Source: Planctomycetota bacterium (lineage in GTDB: Bacteria; Planctomycetota; SZUA-567; H5-PLA8). Taken from it: a DNA stretch of 64,000 nucleotides. The notes under the pieces are model-generated. The model was not told where the DNA came from. It searched no databases and saw only the letters and a list, made by a program, of their open reading frames with translations. The first letter of the stretch is position 1; each line of letters begins with the position of its first letter. A program made the position numbers and the translations under genes. The stretch lies in the NCBI GenBank assembly GCA_045863855.1, contig BTVV01000007.1, positions 41,433 through 105,432 of the forward strand, written 5' to 3'. Shown one piece after another: positions 18,007-27,749 of the stretch.

Positions 18007-18993
18007 TCAGCTCACCAATTCCCGCGGGCCGCGTTCTTTCAGGTCCGCCACGTAGCTTGCGATACCGGACTCGATATCCACGCTCGGCGCGTAACCCAGC
18101 AGGTCCCTCGCTTTGGCGATCGAAAGCGTGCCCCGTTCGGGGCGCGCGGCGTCCGAGGGCCGTTCCTCGATTCGGGCTTGCGGGAAATGCCGCTTCACTT
18201 CGAGCGCGAACTCCCGCACTTCACGCGCCCGGCCACGGGTAAGGTTGAAGATTTCATTGGCCGCGCTGGGCCGATCAAGACAGCGCGCCAGCCCGTCCGC
18301 CAGATCGGCCGCGTACGTAAAGTCGATCCGGCTTTTACCGCCCTCGTGGAGCACCAACGGCTTCCCCGTCATCGCGTTCTCGATGAGTATCTGGCTCACG
18401 CGCCTGTTGGCGTCGCCGAAGCCGTAGACCGCGCTGGGCCGCACGATCGTGTACTCGAATCCGTGCGCCTTGGCGTACGATTTGGTCAGGATTTCGCCCG
18501 TCAATTTCGTCCCGCCGTACACGTCGATCGGATCGGTGGGATGCGTCTCGTCGGCTTCGGCGCTTTTGAAATGCCCGTACACGAAACTGCTGCTCGCGAA
18601 GACGAAGCGTTTGACGCTGCCCGCCGCGCGCACGCCTTCCAGCACCGAAAGCGTGCCGTCCACGTTGATTTGCAGCGCTTCGGTCGGATACAGCGTCGCT
18701 TCCTTGGCGCTGGGCAGCGCCGCCAGATGCACCACCGCGTCCGGACGCCATTCGGTCATGATCTGCTGGATGCGCTTCTGTACACGGATGTCACCGCGCT
18801 CGATCCGTACGTTCGGGTGATCCAGCAATCCGGCCATGCGCGCCTTCAAGAAATGCTGATAGTGGCTGATGAACGGGGAAATGTAGTTCAGGTAGGCGTC
18901 CAGTAGGAGCAGTTCGTGTTGTTGCGCGCAGAGGATGCGCGCCAAGTGCGAGCCGATGAAGCCGCAGCCGCCCGTGATTAGAATCTTGCTCAT
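18007..18993 (-). CDS. NAD-dependent nucleotide-sugar epimerase/dehydratase
   Basis: TGGCGFIG, HLAA, SSS and YGGTK motifs. Confidence 0.9.
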   Translation of the reverse strand: MSKILITGGCGFIGSHLARILCAQQHELLLLDAYLNYISPFISHYQHFLKARMAGLLDHPNVRIERGDIRVQKRIQQIMTEWRPDAVVHLAALPSAKEATLYPTEALQINVDGTLSVLEGVRAAGSVKRFVFASSSFVYGHFKSAEADETHPTDPIDVYGGTKLTGEILTKSYAKAHGFEYTIVRPSAVYGFGDANRRVSQILIENAMTGKPLVLHEGGKSRIDFTYAADLADGLARCLDRPSAANEIFNLTRGRAREVREFALEVKRHFPQARIEERPSDAARPERGTLSIAKARDLLGYAPSVDIESGIASYVADLKERGPRELVS

Positions 18994-20897
18994 GCGTCCC
19001 TATCCGTCTCGGATTGACGCCACGCATGATAGCTCAGCCCCAGGCAGGTCACGAGGAATAAAACCGGGAGCGCCAGATCGCTCGCGCCGATGGGCTCGTC
19101 GTCGCCGCGAAACCCTCGCGCCGGCATCGCGAAGAGCGCCTCCGGCGGCGCCGCGCTGGGTTTGGGCCGCAACAACAAGTAGCTCGTCTCGTCGTCGTAT
19201 TCCAGCGTCGCCACCAGTTCGCTCGTCTCGAGCAGCGCCGCGTAAGCGGGACGTTCCGTCTCGCGGTCCCGCGCCACCAGGATCGCCGGCCGCGGCGACT
19301 CGTAGTAGAACTCGCGCAGGCCGCTCCATGGCAGCACGTCGATCACCGGGCGATTGAGATACCAGACGGCCTCGTTCGCCGAACCGCCGAACCAGAGCAG
19401 CCGTTCCTCGCCTAGATGCTTCGCCATCCGCTCGAAGAACGCGCGCTTGGGTTCCTTGCGTTCCTGCGCCGGCCGGATCGTGGTTTCCTTGAGCAGCCCC
19501 AGCAGCGCGACAAGCGCCAGGAGCGCGATCGAGGCCTCTTGGAATGCCCCCGCGCGAAGCCAACGTACCGCACGCCACGCCAGCGCGGCGAATCCCGCCG
19601 CGCAAACGCCCGCCCACAGAAACTCCCCGCGCGTGAATGGTAGCGCGCGTTCGAGCCCCCACCACGCGCCGCTCGCCAATACCGCCGCGGAAAGCGGCGC
19701 CAGCGCCGCCACGGCGTACAGCGTCCCTTTCGAAAAAGCCGTAAGCCAAGGATGCCGCGCCACGCCGCCGGCTTCGAAGAACAACGCATGCCAATAACGC
19801 CCTACCCACAACGACAGCATCGGATACAGCGGCAGCATGTATACGCTGCGCTTGCTCCCCAGCATGTTCATCAAGAACCACGGCACCAGCAGCGCGCAGA
19901 CCAGAAACCGGCCCGGTGTCGTCATGCGATGCGCGTAGCGGATGCTCCACCACAGCGCGGGAAAGATGAACAAACCCCAAGGCAAGAAGTGCATCGGTAC
20001 GTTCTGAAGATAGAAGAGGAACGGAAAGATGCGGATGCCCGAATTGTGATCCACCTGCCCTATGGCGCGCTGCAGATTCTCCTGTTCGATGAGGATTTCC
20101 ACGCCCTGCCATTCGTCCACGCGCCAGAGCACGTAGAACCAGAAGTTACCGACCCAGAGAGCCAGCGCCACGCCGTACCAGATTCGCGAACGCCAAACGA
20201 AGCTCGGCAGGCCGCGGCCCGCGGTATAGCGGCGCCACTCCCAGGCCAAGTACGTGAACATCGGGATCACGGCAAAAACGGCGACAAGCGGCGGGCCCTT
20301 GGCCTGGCAGGCTATTCCTAAACAGAGATAGAAAGCCAGCAACGGCAACCCGGCTTCCCGGTCGCGGCCTTGTTCCAGTCGCTGTAATCCGACCAGAAAG
20401 AAATACCAGCCGGCCATCATCGATGCCGTCAGCATCGGATCGATCAGAATTTCGCGCGACATGGCCTGAAAGAAATAAGTGGAGAGCAACGCCAGCCCGG
20501 CCAGCAGGCCGGTCTGAGGCCCGTACAAGCGCCGCCCCAGCCCGTAGGTAAACAGAACCGTCAGCCACCCGCAGCAGACAGGCAACAGCCGGAACGCGGT
20601 GGACAACTCCAGGCCCATGGCCTGGCCAAGGAAACCGAATCCGGCGAGCACCCAGTAGATCAGCACCGGCTTCTTGAGCCGCGGCTCCCCGTTGAAGGCA
20701 GGAATCACCCAGTCGCTGGCGTCTTCGCCTTTGGCGCCGGTCACTAGATCGCGCGCGGCGCAGACGTAGCGCGGTTCATCCGGGCGTTCGATGTACTGCG
20801 TATGCAAATACGGGAGCGCCGAAAGCAGGTACAGCAGCGTCAGCAGCAGGGCATGGCGCCAAGCCGGAGCTTGCTCATCGAGCAGCGCGCGCATCAT
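18990..20897 (-). CDS. ArnT/GT83-like membrane glycosyltransferase
   Basis: DEPRY, W-x-IP-x-FNGEPRLKKP, KGP and KRSVYMLPLYP motifs; many TM helices; ATGA overlap with the upstream GT2 gene. Confidence 0.85.
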   Translation of the reverse strand: MMRALLDEQAPAWRHALLLTLLYLLSALPYLHTQYIERPDEPRYVCAARDLVTGAKGEDASDWVIPAFNGEPRLKKPVLIYWVLAGFGFLGQAMGLELSTAFRLLPVCCGWLTVLFTYGLGRRLYGPQTGLLAGLALLSTYFFQAMSREILIDPMLTASMMAGWYFFLVGLQRLEQGRDREAGLPLLAFYLCLGIACQAKGPPLVAVFAVIPMFTYLAWEWRRYTAGRGLPSFVWRSRIWYGVALALWVGNFWFYVLWRVDEWQGVEILIEQENLQRAIGQVDHNSGIRIFPFLFYLQNVPMHFLPWGLFIFPALWWSIRYAHRMTTPGRFLVCALLVPWFLMNMLGSKRSVYMLPLYPMLSLWVGRYWHALFFEAGGVARHPWLTAFSKGTLYAVAALAPLSAAVLASGAWWGLERALPFTRGEFLWAGVCAAGFAALAWRAVRWLRAGAFQEASIALLALVALLGLLKETTIRPAQERKEPKRAFFERMAKHLGEERLLWFGGSANEAVWYLNRPVIDVLPWSGLREFYYESPRPAILVARDRETERPAYAALLETSELVATLEYDDETSYLLLRPKPSAAPPEALFAMPARGFRGDDEPIGASDLALPVLFLVTCLGLSYHAWRQSETDRDA

Positions 20898-21670
20898 GTT
20901 CGCGCGGAAGCCGCCGCTTGCGGCGTGCAGGTGCGCACCGCTTGGAGATCGTAGAATCCGGCCTTCAAGCGTTTGCGGCAGCGCAGCAGCTCGGGAAACC
21001 CGGACCAAGCCTTGCGCAGCGCCCGATACTTGCTCGCGCCGTGCTTGCGCGGCGCGTGGCGCGTCTCCACGTCGCCGATGCGCCGGGGATCCAGCCCGCG
21101 CCGCACCAGAATCGGAATCACGTAGCGATGGTCGTTCTCGCGCAGTTCCAATCCTTGGGCCAGTATCGCCGGAAGCGCCGTGAAATTGCTGGCCGCGTCT
21201 TGCACCGGACACGTCATCAGCATGCGGATCAGCCAATTGCCCAACCGGCTGATCGCCACCAGCCCGGCCGCGTGCTGCCGGCGCATCCGAATCGCATTCG
21301 TCAGGTCCAGCCGGCCGGCTTCGAGCGGCGCCAGCAGCTTGGGAATATCTTCGGGGTAATTCTGCAAGTCGGCGTCCATGGTCACGATGGTGTCGCCCGT
21401 GGCATGCCGAAAGCCCGTCTGAAAGCCGCCCGTCTGCCCGCCGCGAACCGGATTGCGCAGCGCGCGAAGACGCGGATACCGGGCGCTCAGGTGCTGCAGC
21501 AGTTCCAAACTGCCGTCGGTCGAATGATCGTCGCAGGCCAAATGTTCCCATTCGCGCGCCGGCTGCTCCGCGCGCCAAGCTTCCATCGTCGCGCAAATGC
21601 GCTCGACGAGTTCGGGAATGTTCCCCGCCTCGTTATGGATCGGCGTGAGGACCGAGACTTTGCGGATCAT
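20894..21670 (-). CDS. GT2 polyprenyl-phosphate glycosyltransferase (ArnC/DPM1-like)
   Basis: PIHNEAGNI, DDHSTDGS, MDADLQN and RKHGASKY motifs. Confidence 0.88.
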   Translation of the reverse strand: MIRKVSVLTPIHNEAGNIPELVERICATMEAWRAEQPAREWEHLACDDHSTDGSLELLQHLSARYPRLRALRNPVRGGQTGGFQTGFRHATGDTIVTMDADLQNYPEDIPKLLAPLEAGRLDLTNAIRMRRQHAAGLVAISRLGNWLIRMLMTCPVQDAASNFTALPAILAQGLELRENDHRYVIPILVRRGLDPRRIGDVETRHAPRKHGASKYRALRKAWSGFPELLRCRKRLKAGFYDLQAVRTCTPQAAASART

Positions 21671-21900
21671 CGGGTCGCCAGCGCTTCGGCGGCCGTCGGC
21701 GTTCCGCGGCCCGCCTCGCGCACCGGATTCGAATGGGCCTGTAGCGCCGTGTCCGGCGCAAGCAGGAAGTAGAGTATCGAACGGGACATGAATGCGGCGC
21801 GGCCTCCCGGCATGCGTCCCAACGCTTGAAGTACCCGACGCAGCAAAACGAAAGTTTAAGAGGCGCCAAATGCTGCGCCAAGCGCGAGAAAAGAAAATGC

Positions 21901-21920
21901 GGGTTTAGGATTCTAAACCC
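21901..21920. terminator. Hairpin immediately downstream of the ROK regulator gene
   Basis: GGGTTTAG-GATT-CTAAACCC stem-loop with a T-rich tract beyond it on the minus strand. Confidence 0.45.
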
Positions 21921-21931
21921 ATGCGCGCTTG

Positions 21932-23116
21932 CTAACCCATGAGTCCCATCAAACCGAGAGTCGCCGCGCCCAACGCGCCGCCATCGGGCAATTTGCCGTA
22001 AACCAGTTCGACCTGCTCGGTATGCGTCGGCAGCCCGTGCTCGGCATACGCGGCACGCAGGGGCGCGTCGATGGCCGGAGCCGCCAGGGCCAGCGTCCCG
22101 CCGACCACCAGCCGTTCGGGATCCAGCAGCAGCGCGACCTGCGCGGCCGTGCGTCCGGCAAGCACCGCGGCCTCGCGCATACCCGCCGCCGCGGCGGGAT
22201 CGCCCGCTGCCGCGGCCGCCAGCAGCGCCGTAATCTTCTCGGTGGATCCGCCGGGAGCGCGCCAGCCGGCAAGTTCCGCGGCGGCCAACAGCGCCACGGC
22301 GCCCGTGCGGCTTTGCAGCGAGCCGTCTTCGCCCGGCAGGCGCCAGTGCCCCAGTTCGCCCGCCAGATGATGCGCGCCCGCCTGCACCCGCCCGTTCACC
22401 ACCATCGCCATCGCCACGCCCGTACGAAACGAGAGGTATACGAACGATCCACACCCGCGCGCGGCGCCGAACCAGCCTTCGGCAAGTGCCAGCGCGTGAA
22501 TGTTGCTGCCCATGTACACCGGCAGCTTCAGCTTCGCGTGCAGTTCCTCGAGCAGCAGTCCGGACTCGAAAGCCTGGATCGTGCTGTACACGATGCGCCG
22601 GCCCTTTTCCTCCATGAAGCGCAGCACCGGCACGCCGATGCCCAGGGCGAGCGGCCCGCGCGACGAACCGGACGGACCTTTCCAGCCCTCGGCCGCGATC
22701 CAAGCGTCGAGGAGCCCCACCAGCTTGCTCCGCACCGCCGCGAACGGCTCCGTGGCATCCAGCGGCACGCGCCGCTCGAAGCGCGTCTCGCCGGTCAGCG
22801 TCACCGCGCGCAAGGTCAGCCTCGAAAGTTCGTAGTCGAGCCCCAGCAGCGTGCGCCGGTCGGGGTCGAGTTCGTAACCCAGTGGCGGCCGGCCGCCCTT
22901 GGACGGTCCGTGCCCGGCAGGACGAATCAGCCCCAGCCCTTCGATATGATCCATCGCCTGGCAGACGGTCGCCCAAGCCAGCCCGGTCTGCGCCTGAAGC
23001 TGGCGGCGATCAAGCGTCTCCCCACTGCCTTCGAGGATGCGGCGGAATACCTGCCGCGCCGCGCGCGACCATGGGGCCGGGCCGCCGGCGCCCCGAACGG
23101 AGACTTGATTCGCCAT
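21932..23116 (-). CDS. ROK family transcriptional regulator
   Basis: N-terminal HTH plus SKGGRPP; ROK domain with ALAEGWFG and AGELGH. Confidence 0.85.
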   Translation of the reverse strand: MANQVSVRGAGGPAPWSRAARQVFRRILEGSGETLDRRQLQAQTGLAWATVCQAMDHIEGLGLIRPAGHGPSKGGRPPLGYELDPDRRTLLGLDYELSRLTLRAVTLTGETRFERRVPLDATEPFAAVRSKLVGLLDAWIAAEGWKGPSGSSRGPLALGIGVPVLRFMEEKGRRIVYSTIQAFESGLLLEELHAKLKLPVYMGSNIHALALAEGWFGAARGCGSFVYLSFRTGVAMAMVVNGRVQAGAHHLAGELGHWRLPGEDGSLQSRTGAVALLAAAELAGWRAPGGSTEKITALLAAAAAGDPAAAAGMREAAVLAGRTAAQVALLLDPERLVVGGTLALAAPAIDAPLRAAYAEHGLPTHTEQVELVYGKLPDGGALGAATLGLMGLMG

Positions 23117-23307
23117 GTTGGTGCCGCCGAAGTTCCCCGCTTTCGCGCCCGCGGTCAAGAGCCGACTGCCGCCGCGCGACGATATTTTGCGTACTGGGGC
23201 CGCAATCCCTTTGCTATGACCACCTGGAAATAGAAGTAGAATGGAGCGGGTTGCATACGTCTAACTCAAGTGGAACGCTTTCCCAAGCCGGAAGCCGGAT
23301 CGAACGC

Positions 23308-24900
23308 ATGACCCGTTGGCGCCTCCCTTATTGGAATGTACTCGCCGCGCTGGCGTTCGTCGGCGCTTGCGCCGGATGCGCCGGCGCCGAAAGCACGCCC
23401 GCGCCCGAAGGTCCGGGCGGAAGCGTGCGGGAGATTCGTATCCTGGCCACCCAGGCGGACGACACCCCCGGCGAAATGGTGGTCGCGCCGCCGCGCGCCA
23501 AAGTCTCCGGATACCATGCGCTCGACCTTTCGCCCGACGCCAACAGGCTCGCCGTCGCCGGCAACGACGGCATTATCCGCTTCTACAATCCCAGCGACGG
23601 GAAGCCGCTGGGCGAACTGAAAGGCCACACCGGCAACGTTCACGGACTCTCGTTCTCGCCGGAAGGCAAACTCCTCGCCAGTGCCTCCGCCGACGGATCG
23701 ATCCGGATCTGGGATCTCGCCGCGAACGCGAGCGTCCAGGAACTCAAAGGCCATGAAGGCGCGGTGAGGTGCGTGGCGTTCGGACCCACGCCCGACCGCC
23801 TTGCAAGCAGCGGCAGCGACGGAAGCATCCGGCTGTGGGACGTCAAGAGCGGGCGCTGCCTGCGCGTCTTCACCGGGCACGGCGCGGGCAGCGACAGCGT
23901 CGCCTTCGGGCGCGACGGGCGCACGCTGCTCAGCGAAGCCGGCGACGTCACCGCGCGCACCTGGGATGCCGTCTTCATGCGCGAAGGCATCGTCCTGCCC
24001 GAACGCGACGGCTCCGTCGCGGCCTTGGATCTATCCCCGGATGCGCGGCTGGGCGTCACCACGCGCGGCGACCGGACCTGGCGCGTCTTCGATACGCAAT
24101 CCGGGTTGGACGTGCGGATCCTCGAAGGCCAGGACGGCAACGGTTCCTGCGCGCGCTTCACGCCCGACGGCCGCACCCTCGCCACCGGCGCCCAGGACGG
24201 CAGCCTGCGGCTGTGGGACCTCCCAACCGGCCTCGAACGCCGCCGCTTGCGTGGATCGGGCGGCAGCGTGCCCAAGCGCCTCGCGCTCGACGCCAGCGGA
24301 CGCTGGCTCGCCACGCTCGATTTCGACGGCGCCTGCCTGATCTGGGACCTCTGGGGTCCGCCGGCGCGGCCCAAAGGCCACGCCGAGCTCACGCTCACCG
24401 CCGGTACGGATGCGCTGCAAGACGCCTGGAATCGCCTGCGCAGCTTTCGCAATCCGCTACTGCGCGAATCGGCCGTCTGGGACCTTCTGGTCCGGGGCGA
24501 CGACGCCGCGAACTTCATCGCCGCGCAACTCAAGCCCGTCGCCCGCGAACCCGATCCCGAACTCGTTGCGCTGATCGGGCGGCTCGACGACGAACGCTAC
24601 GCCGCGCGCGAAGCCGCCGAGGCCGGGCTGGCGCTCCGCGCCCTCGACGCCCGGCCGCTCCTGCGCCAAGCCGCGCGCGAGCATCCCAGCAGCGAAGTCC
24701 GCGCCCGCGCCGCGCGGGTGCTCGCCACGCCCGCCCCCGAAGAAATCCTGCGCCAGTACGCGGCCGTAGAAATACTCGACTGGCTCAACCGGCCCGCCGC
24801 CACCGCCCACCTGGAAGCCTTGGCCGCCGGCCGCCCCGACCACCCGCTGACCACGTGGGCCGCGCTGGTCCTCGAACGCAAGAAGGTGCGTGCGCAGTAG
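23308..24900 (+). CDS. Secreted/lipoprotein WD40-repeat protein with C-terminal HEAT-like helices
   Basis: Signal peptide with possible lipobox (AGC); repeated GH...S.DGSIRLWD units. Start chosen at MTRWR. Confidence 0.85.
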   Translation: MTRWRLPYWNVLAALAFVGACAGCAGAESTPAPEGPGGSVREIRILATQADDTPGEMVVAPPRAKVSGYHALDLSPDANRLAVAGNDGIIRFYNPSDGKPLGELKGHTGNVHGLSFSPEGKLLASASADGSIRIWDLAANASVQELKGHEGAVRCVAFGPTPDRLASSGSDGSIRLWDVKSGRCLRVFTGHGAGSDSVAFGRDGRTLLSEAGDVTARTWDAVFMREGIVLPERDGSVAALDLSPDARLGVTTRGDRTWRVFDTQSGLDVRILEGQDGNGSCARFTPDGRTLATGAQDGSLRLWDLPTGLERRRLRGSGGSVPKRLALDASGRWLATLDFDGACLIWDLWGPPARPKGHAELTLTAGTDALQDAWNRLRSFRNPLLRESAVWDLLVRGDDAANFIAAQLKPVAREPDPELVALIGRLDDERYAAREAAEAGLALRALDARPLLRQAAREHPSSEVRARAARVLATPAPEEILRQYAAVEILDWLNRPAATAHLEALAAGRPDHPLTTWAALVLERKKVRAQ

Positions 24901-25008
24901 CTTCGGCCCTGTTCATACCTGCGCTTCAAACCTGCCCCGCCCGTTTTCCGGTTTCTGCTAAACTGACCCGCGATAGGTTGGTTTCATACACCTGGGAGCC
25001 CGGATTTC

Positions 25009-25887
25009 ATGGCGAAGTACCTCAATCCTTACTCCGATTCGTCCACACGCTGGTTGCGCGGAAACCTCCACGGCCACACGTGCTGCGGACGCTTCATGGA
25101 TCTGGGCGAGAGCGGACGCTTTTACGCGCGCCTGGGCTACGATTTCGTCGCGGTCACCGATCACAACAAAGCGCCGACGAAGGGCCAGACCGCCGGCTGG
25201 CAGCAGGCCGCGGGGCTGGTGGTGGTGCCCGGCGAAGAGAACGGTTCCACCGACCACATCATCGAACTGGGCGTGCATGAAGTGACGCCCACCCAAAGCC
25301 TGGCCTTCGCCGATCGCTCCAAGGCGCTGCGCGACGGCGGCGGCTTTGTCATTGCCTGTCATCCGCAGGAATATCCGCACGGCGCCGAAAACCTCCGCGC
25401 GGGCGCCCCGTTTCTACATGCCGTCGAAATCTACAACGGCCTGCGCGAAGCGCGCGGCACCAACGAACGCCACAACGTCGCGCTTTGGGACGAACTGCTC
25501 AGCGCAGGCCGCAAGCTCTGGGCCGTCGCCGCCGACGACTTCCACTGCCAGTACATCTCGCCCGGCCACGGTTGGGTCTGCGTGCAGGCGCCCGAGGATA
25601 CCGGCGCGCTGACTTGGGAAAGCATCGTGGAACAACTCAAACGCGGCGCGTTTTACGCCAGCAACGGACCGAACTTCAAGCGCCTGGAATTCCGCGGCGG
25701 CACGCTGCGCGTCGAAGTCGAGAAGCTCGTGCGCGACATCCAGGTGATCGGACCGGGCGGCGAAACGCTCGCCACCCATCCCGGTCCGGCACTCTCCTGG
25801 AAAGCGCCCGCCGGACTCGGGTATTTCCGCGTCGAAGCGCATTGCGGCGTCAAGACAGCCTGGAGCCAGCCGTTTTTTGCCGCGTAA
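25009..25887 (+). CDS. PHP-fold (CehA/McbA-like) metallohydrolase
   Basis: GNLHGHT, VTDHN, CHP, EIYNG and DDFH motifs. Confidence 0.8.
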   Translation: MAKYLNPYSDSSTRWLRGNLHGHTCCGRFMDLGESGRFYARLGYDFVAVTDHNKAPTKGQTAGWQQAAGLVVVPGEENGSTDHIIELGVHEVTPTQSLAFADRSKALRDGGGFVIACHPQEYPHGAENLRAGAPFLHAVEIYNGLREARGTNERHNVALWDELLSAGRKLWAVAADDFHCQYISPGHGWVCVQAPEDTGALTWESIVEQLKRGAFYASNGPNFKRLEFRGGTLRVEVEKLVRDIQVIGPGGETLATHPGPALSWKAPAGLGYFRVEAHCGVKTAWSQPFFAA

Positions 25888-25909
25888 GCTCACGGATTAA
25901 GGATCGAAC

Positions 25910-27559
25910 ATGCCCCGTGTCCTGCGCATTCATCCGGCCGACGATCTGATCCTGGCCCTCGAGGATCTGCCCGCCGGCGCGCACGTCGAAATCGGCGCCG
26001 AAGCGTACGAACTGCGCGACCCCGTGCCTGCCAAGCACAAGTTTGCCGCTCGTGACTTCGATGCCGGCGCCGCCGTGACCATGTACGGGCTGCCCGTGGG
26101 CCGCACCACTTGCCCGATCAAGCGCGGCGCACGCCTCACCACCGAGAACCTGAAACATCACGCCGCCACCGCCAGCGCGCGGCCCGAAGCGCGAGCCTGG
26201 AGTCCCCCGCCCTACGCGCGCCTCGCCGGACGCACCTTCCAGGGCTTCGCGCGCCCCGACGGGCGTGTCGGCACCGCGAACCACTGGATCGTCGTGCCGC
26301 TTGTGTTTTGCGAAGCGCGCAACGTCATGGTCCTCCGCGATGCGCTGCGCGACGAACTGGGCTACCGCGACGACGCCGCGTACCGGCAGCAAGCGCGCCG
26401 GCTCGCCGAACGCGTCCGCCAAGGCCTGCGGCCCGACGAGCTCCTGACGCTGGATCTCGGCGCCGGCGTCCAAGCCGCCGAAACGCCGAGGCTCTTTCCG
26501 CATGTCGACGGCATCCAGTTTCTCCTGCATTCGATGGGTTGCGGCGGCACGCGCGACGACGCGCGCACGCTCTGCGGCTTGCTCGCCGGGTATCTCGCTC
26601 ACCCCAACGTCGCCGGCGCGACCGTGCTCTCGCTGGGCTGCCAGAACGCGCAGATATCGCTGTTGAAGGAAGAACTCGAGAAGCGCGATCCCGCCTACGC
26701 CAAGCCGCTCTACATCCTGGAACAGCAGCAACTCGGCACCGAACGCGCGTTGATGGAAGCCGCGCTTAAAAGCACCTTCGCCGGACTCGCCGCGGCCGAT
26801 CGAGCCCGGCGCAGCGAAGCCCCCGCCTCGAAACTGATCCTCGGCGTGGAATGCGGCGGCTCCGACGGCTTCAGCGGCATCAGCGCCAATCCCGTGATCG
26901 GGCACGCCAGCGACCTCCTCGTCGGCGCCGGCGGCGGCGTAATTCTCAGCGAGTTTCCGGAACTCTGCGGCGTCGAGGACGACCTCGTCCGGCGCTGCGT
27001 CGACGACCGCGTCGCCGCGCGCTTCCTCGAACTGATGCGCGCCTACGCCGCGCGCGCCGCGGCCGTCGGCAGCGGCTTCGACGCCAACCCCAGCCCCGGG
27101 AACATCCGCGACGGCCTGATCACCGACGCCATGAAATCCGCCGGCGCCGCGCGCAAAGGCGGCTCCAGTCCCGTCACCGACGTCCTCGATTATCCCGAAC
27201 GCGTCACGCGCCCCGGCCTGAACCTGCTCTGCACGCCTGGCGGGGACATCGAAAGCGTCACCGCCATGGTCGGGGCCGGCGCCAACGTCGTCGTCTTCAG
27301 CACCGGCCTGGGCACGCCCACCGGGAACGCCGTCGCGCCCGTCCTGAAGCTCAGCACCCACACCGCGCTGGCCGAACGGATGCCCGACCTCATCGACTTC
27401 GACGCCGGCCCGGTCGTGACCGGAGCCGCCGGCATTCCTGCCTTGGGCGAAAAGCTCTTCGAACAGATTCTCGAGACCGCCAGCGGAACCTACCGCGCCA
27501 ATGCCGACCGCCTGGGCCAGGCCGATTTCCAGCCTTGGAAGCGCGGCGTATCGCTTTAG
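25910..27559 (+). CDS. uxaA: Altronate dehydratase (UxaA family)
   Basis: N-terminal SAF domain; HSMGCGG, ECGGSDGFSGISANP, NPSPGNIRDGL and FSTGLGTPTGN motifs. Confidence 0.88.
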   Translation: MPRVLRIHPADDLILALEDLPAGAHVEIGAEAYELRDPVPAKHKFAARDFDAGAAVTMYGLPVGRTTCPIKRGARLTTENLKHHAATASARPEARAWSPPPYARLAGRTFQGFARPDGRVGTANHWIVVPLVFCEARNVMVLRDALRDELGYRDDAAYRQQARRLAERVRQGLRPDELLTLDLGAGVQAAETPRLFPHVDGIQFLLHSMGCGGTRDDARTLCGLLAGYLAHPNVAGATVLSLGCQNAQISLLKEELEKRDPAYAKPLYILEQQQLGTERALMEAALKSTFAGLAAADRARRSEAPASKLILGVECGGSDGFSGISANPVIGHASDLLVGAGGGVILSEFPELCGVEDDLVRRCVDDRVAARFLELMRAYAARAAAVGSGFDANPSPGNIRDGLITDAMKSAGAARKGGSSPVTDVLDYPERVTRPGLNLLCTPGGDIESVTAMVGAGANVVVFSTGLGTPTGNAVAPVLKLSTHTALAERMPDLIDFDAGPVVTGAAGIPALGEKLFEQILETASGTYRANADRLGQADFQPWKRGVSL

Positions 27560-27567
27560 GTTGATGC

Positions 27568-27741
27568 GCCGCAGAGACGCTGAGGCCGCAGAGACGCTGA
27601 GGCCGCAGAGAACGGCAAAACCGGTTGGAGGGCACGGCGCCAACCGCGATGCGTTTACCCAACCGCCTAGCCTCTCGACAAAGCGTAGCTGTCTGTTCCG
27701 CTCTTCATATCGTCCTTGCCGTTCTCTGCGGACTCTGCGGT
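27568..27741. repeat. CCGCAGAG-type inverted-repeat element between convergent genes
   Basis: 17-bp unit GCCGCAGAGACGCTGAG twice, then CCGCAGAGAACGGCAA with its exact reverse complement at 27716-27731. Confidence 0.75.
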
Positions 27742-27749
27742 AAAACCGC

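Noticed and set aside
20898..21596. Apparent N-terminal extension or fusion of the ArnT-like ORF
   Set aside because: It overlaps the GT2 gene in another frame; the ATGA overlap at 20894-20897 marks the true start.
21835..21900. Possible c-di-GMP-I riboswitch (GCAAA..GAAA..GCCAAA words)
   Set aside because: I could not build the required paired stems, and no downstream gene lies on that strand.
23270..23285. GTGGAACGCTTTCCCA as a third LacI operator
   Set aside because: Spacing and symmetry do not match TGGGAACGTTCCCA.
27568..27618. 17-bp direct repeats as a CRISPR array
   Set aside because: The repeats abut with no spacers, are too short, and there are no cas genes.
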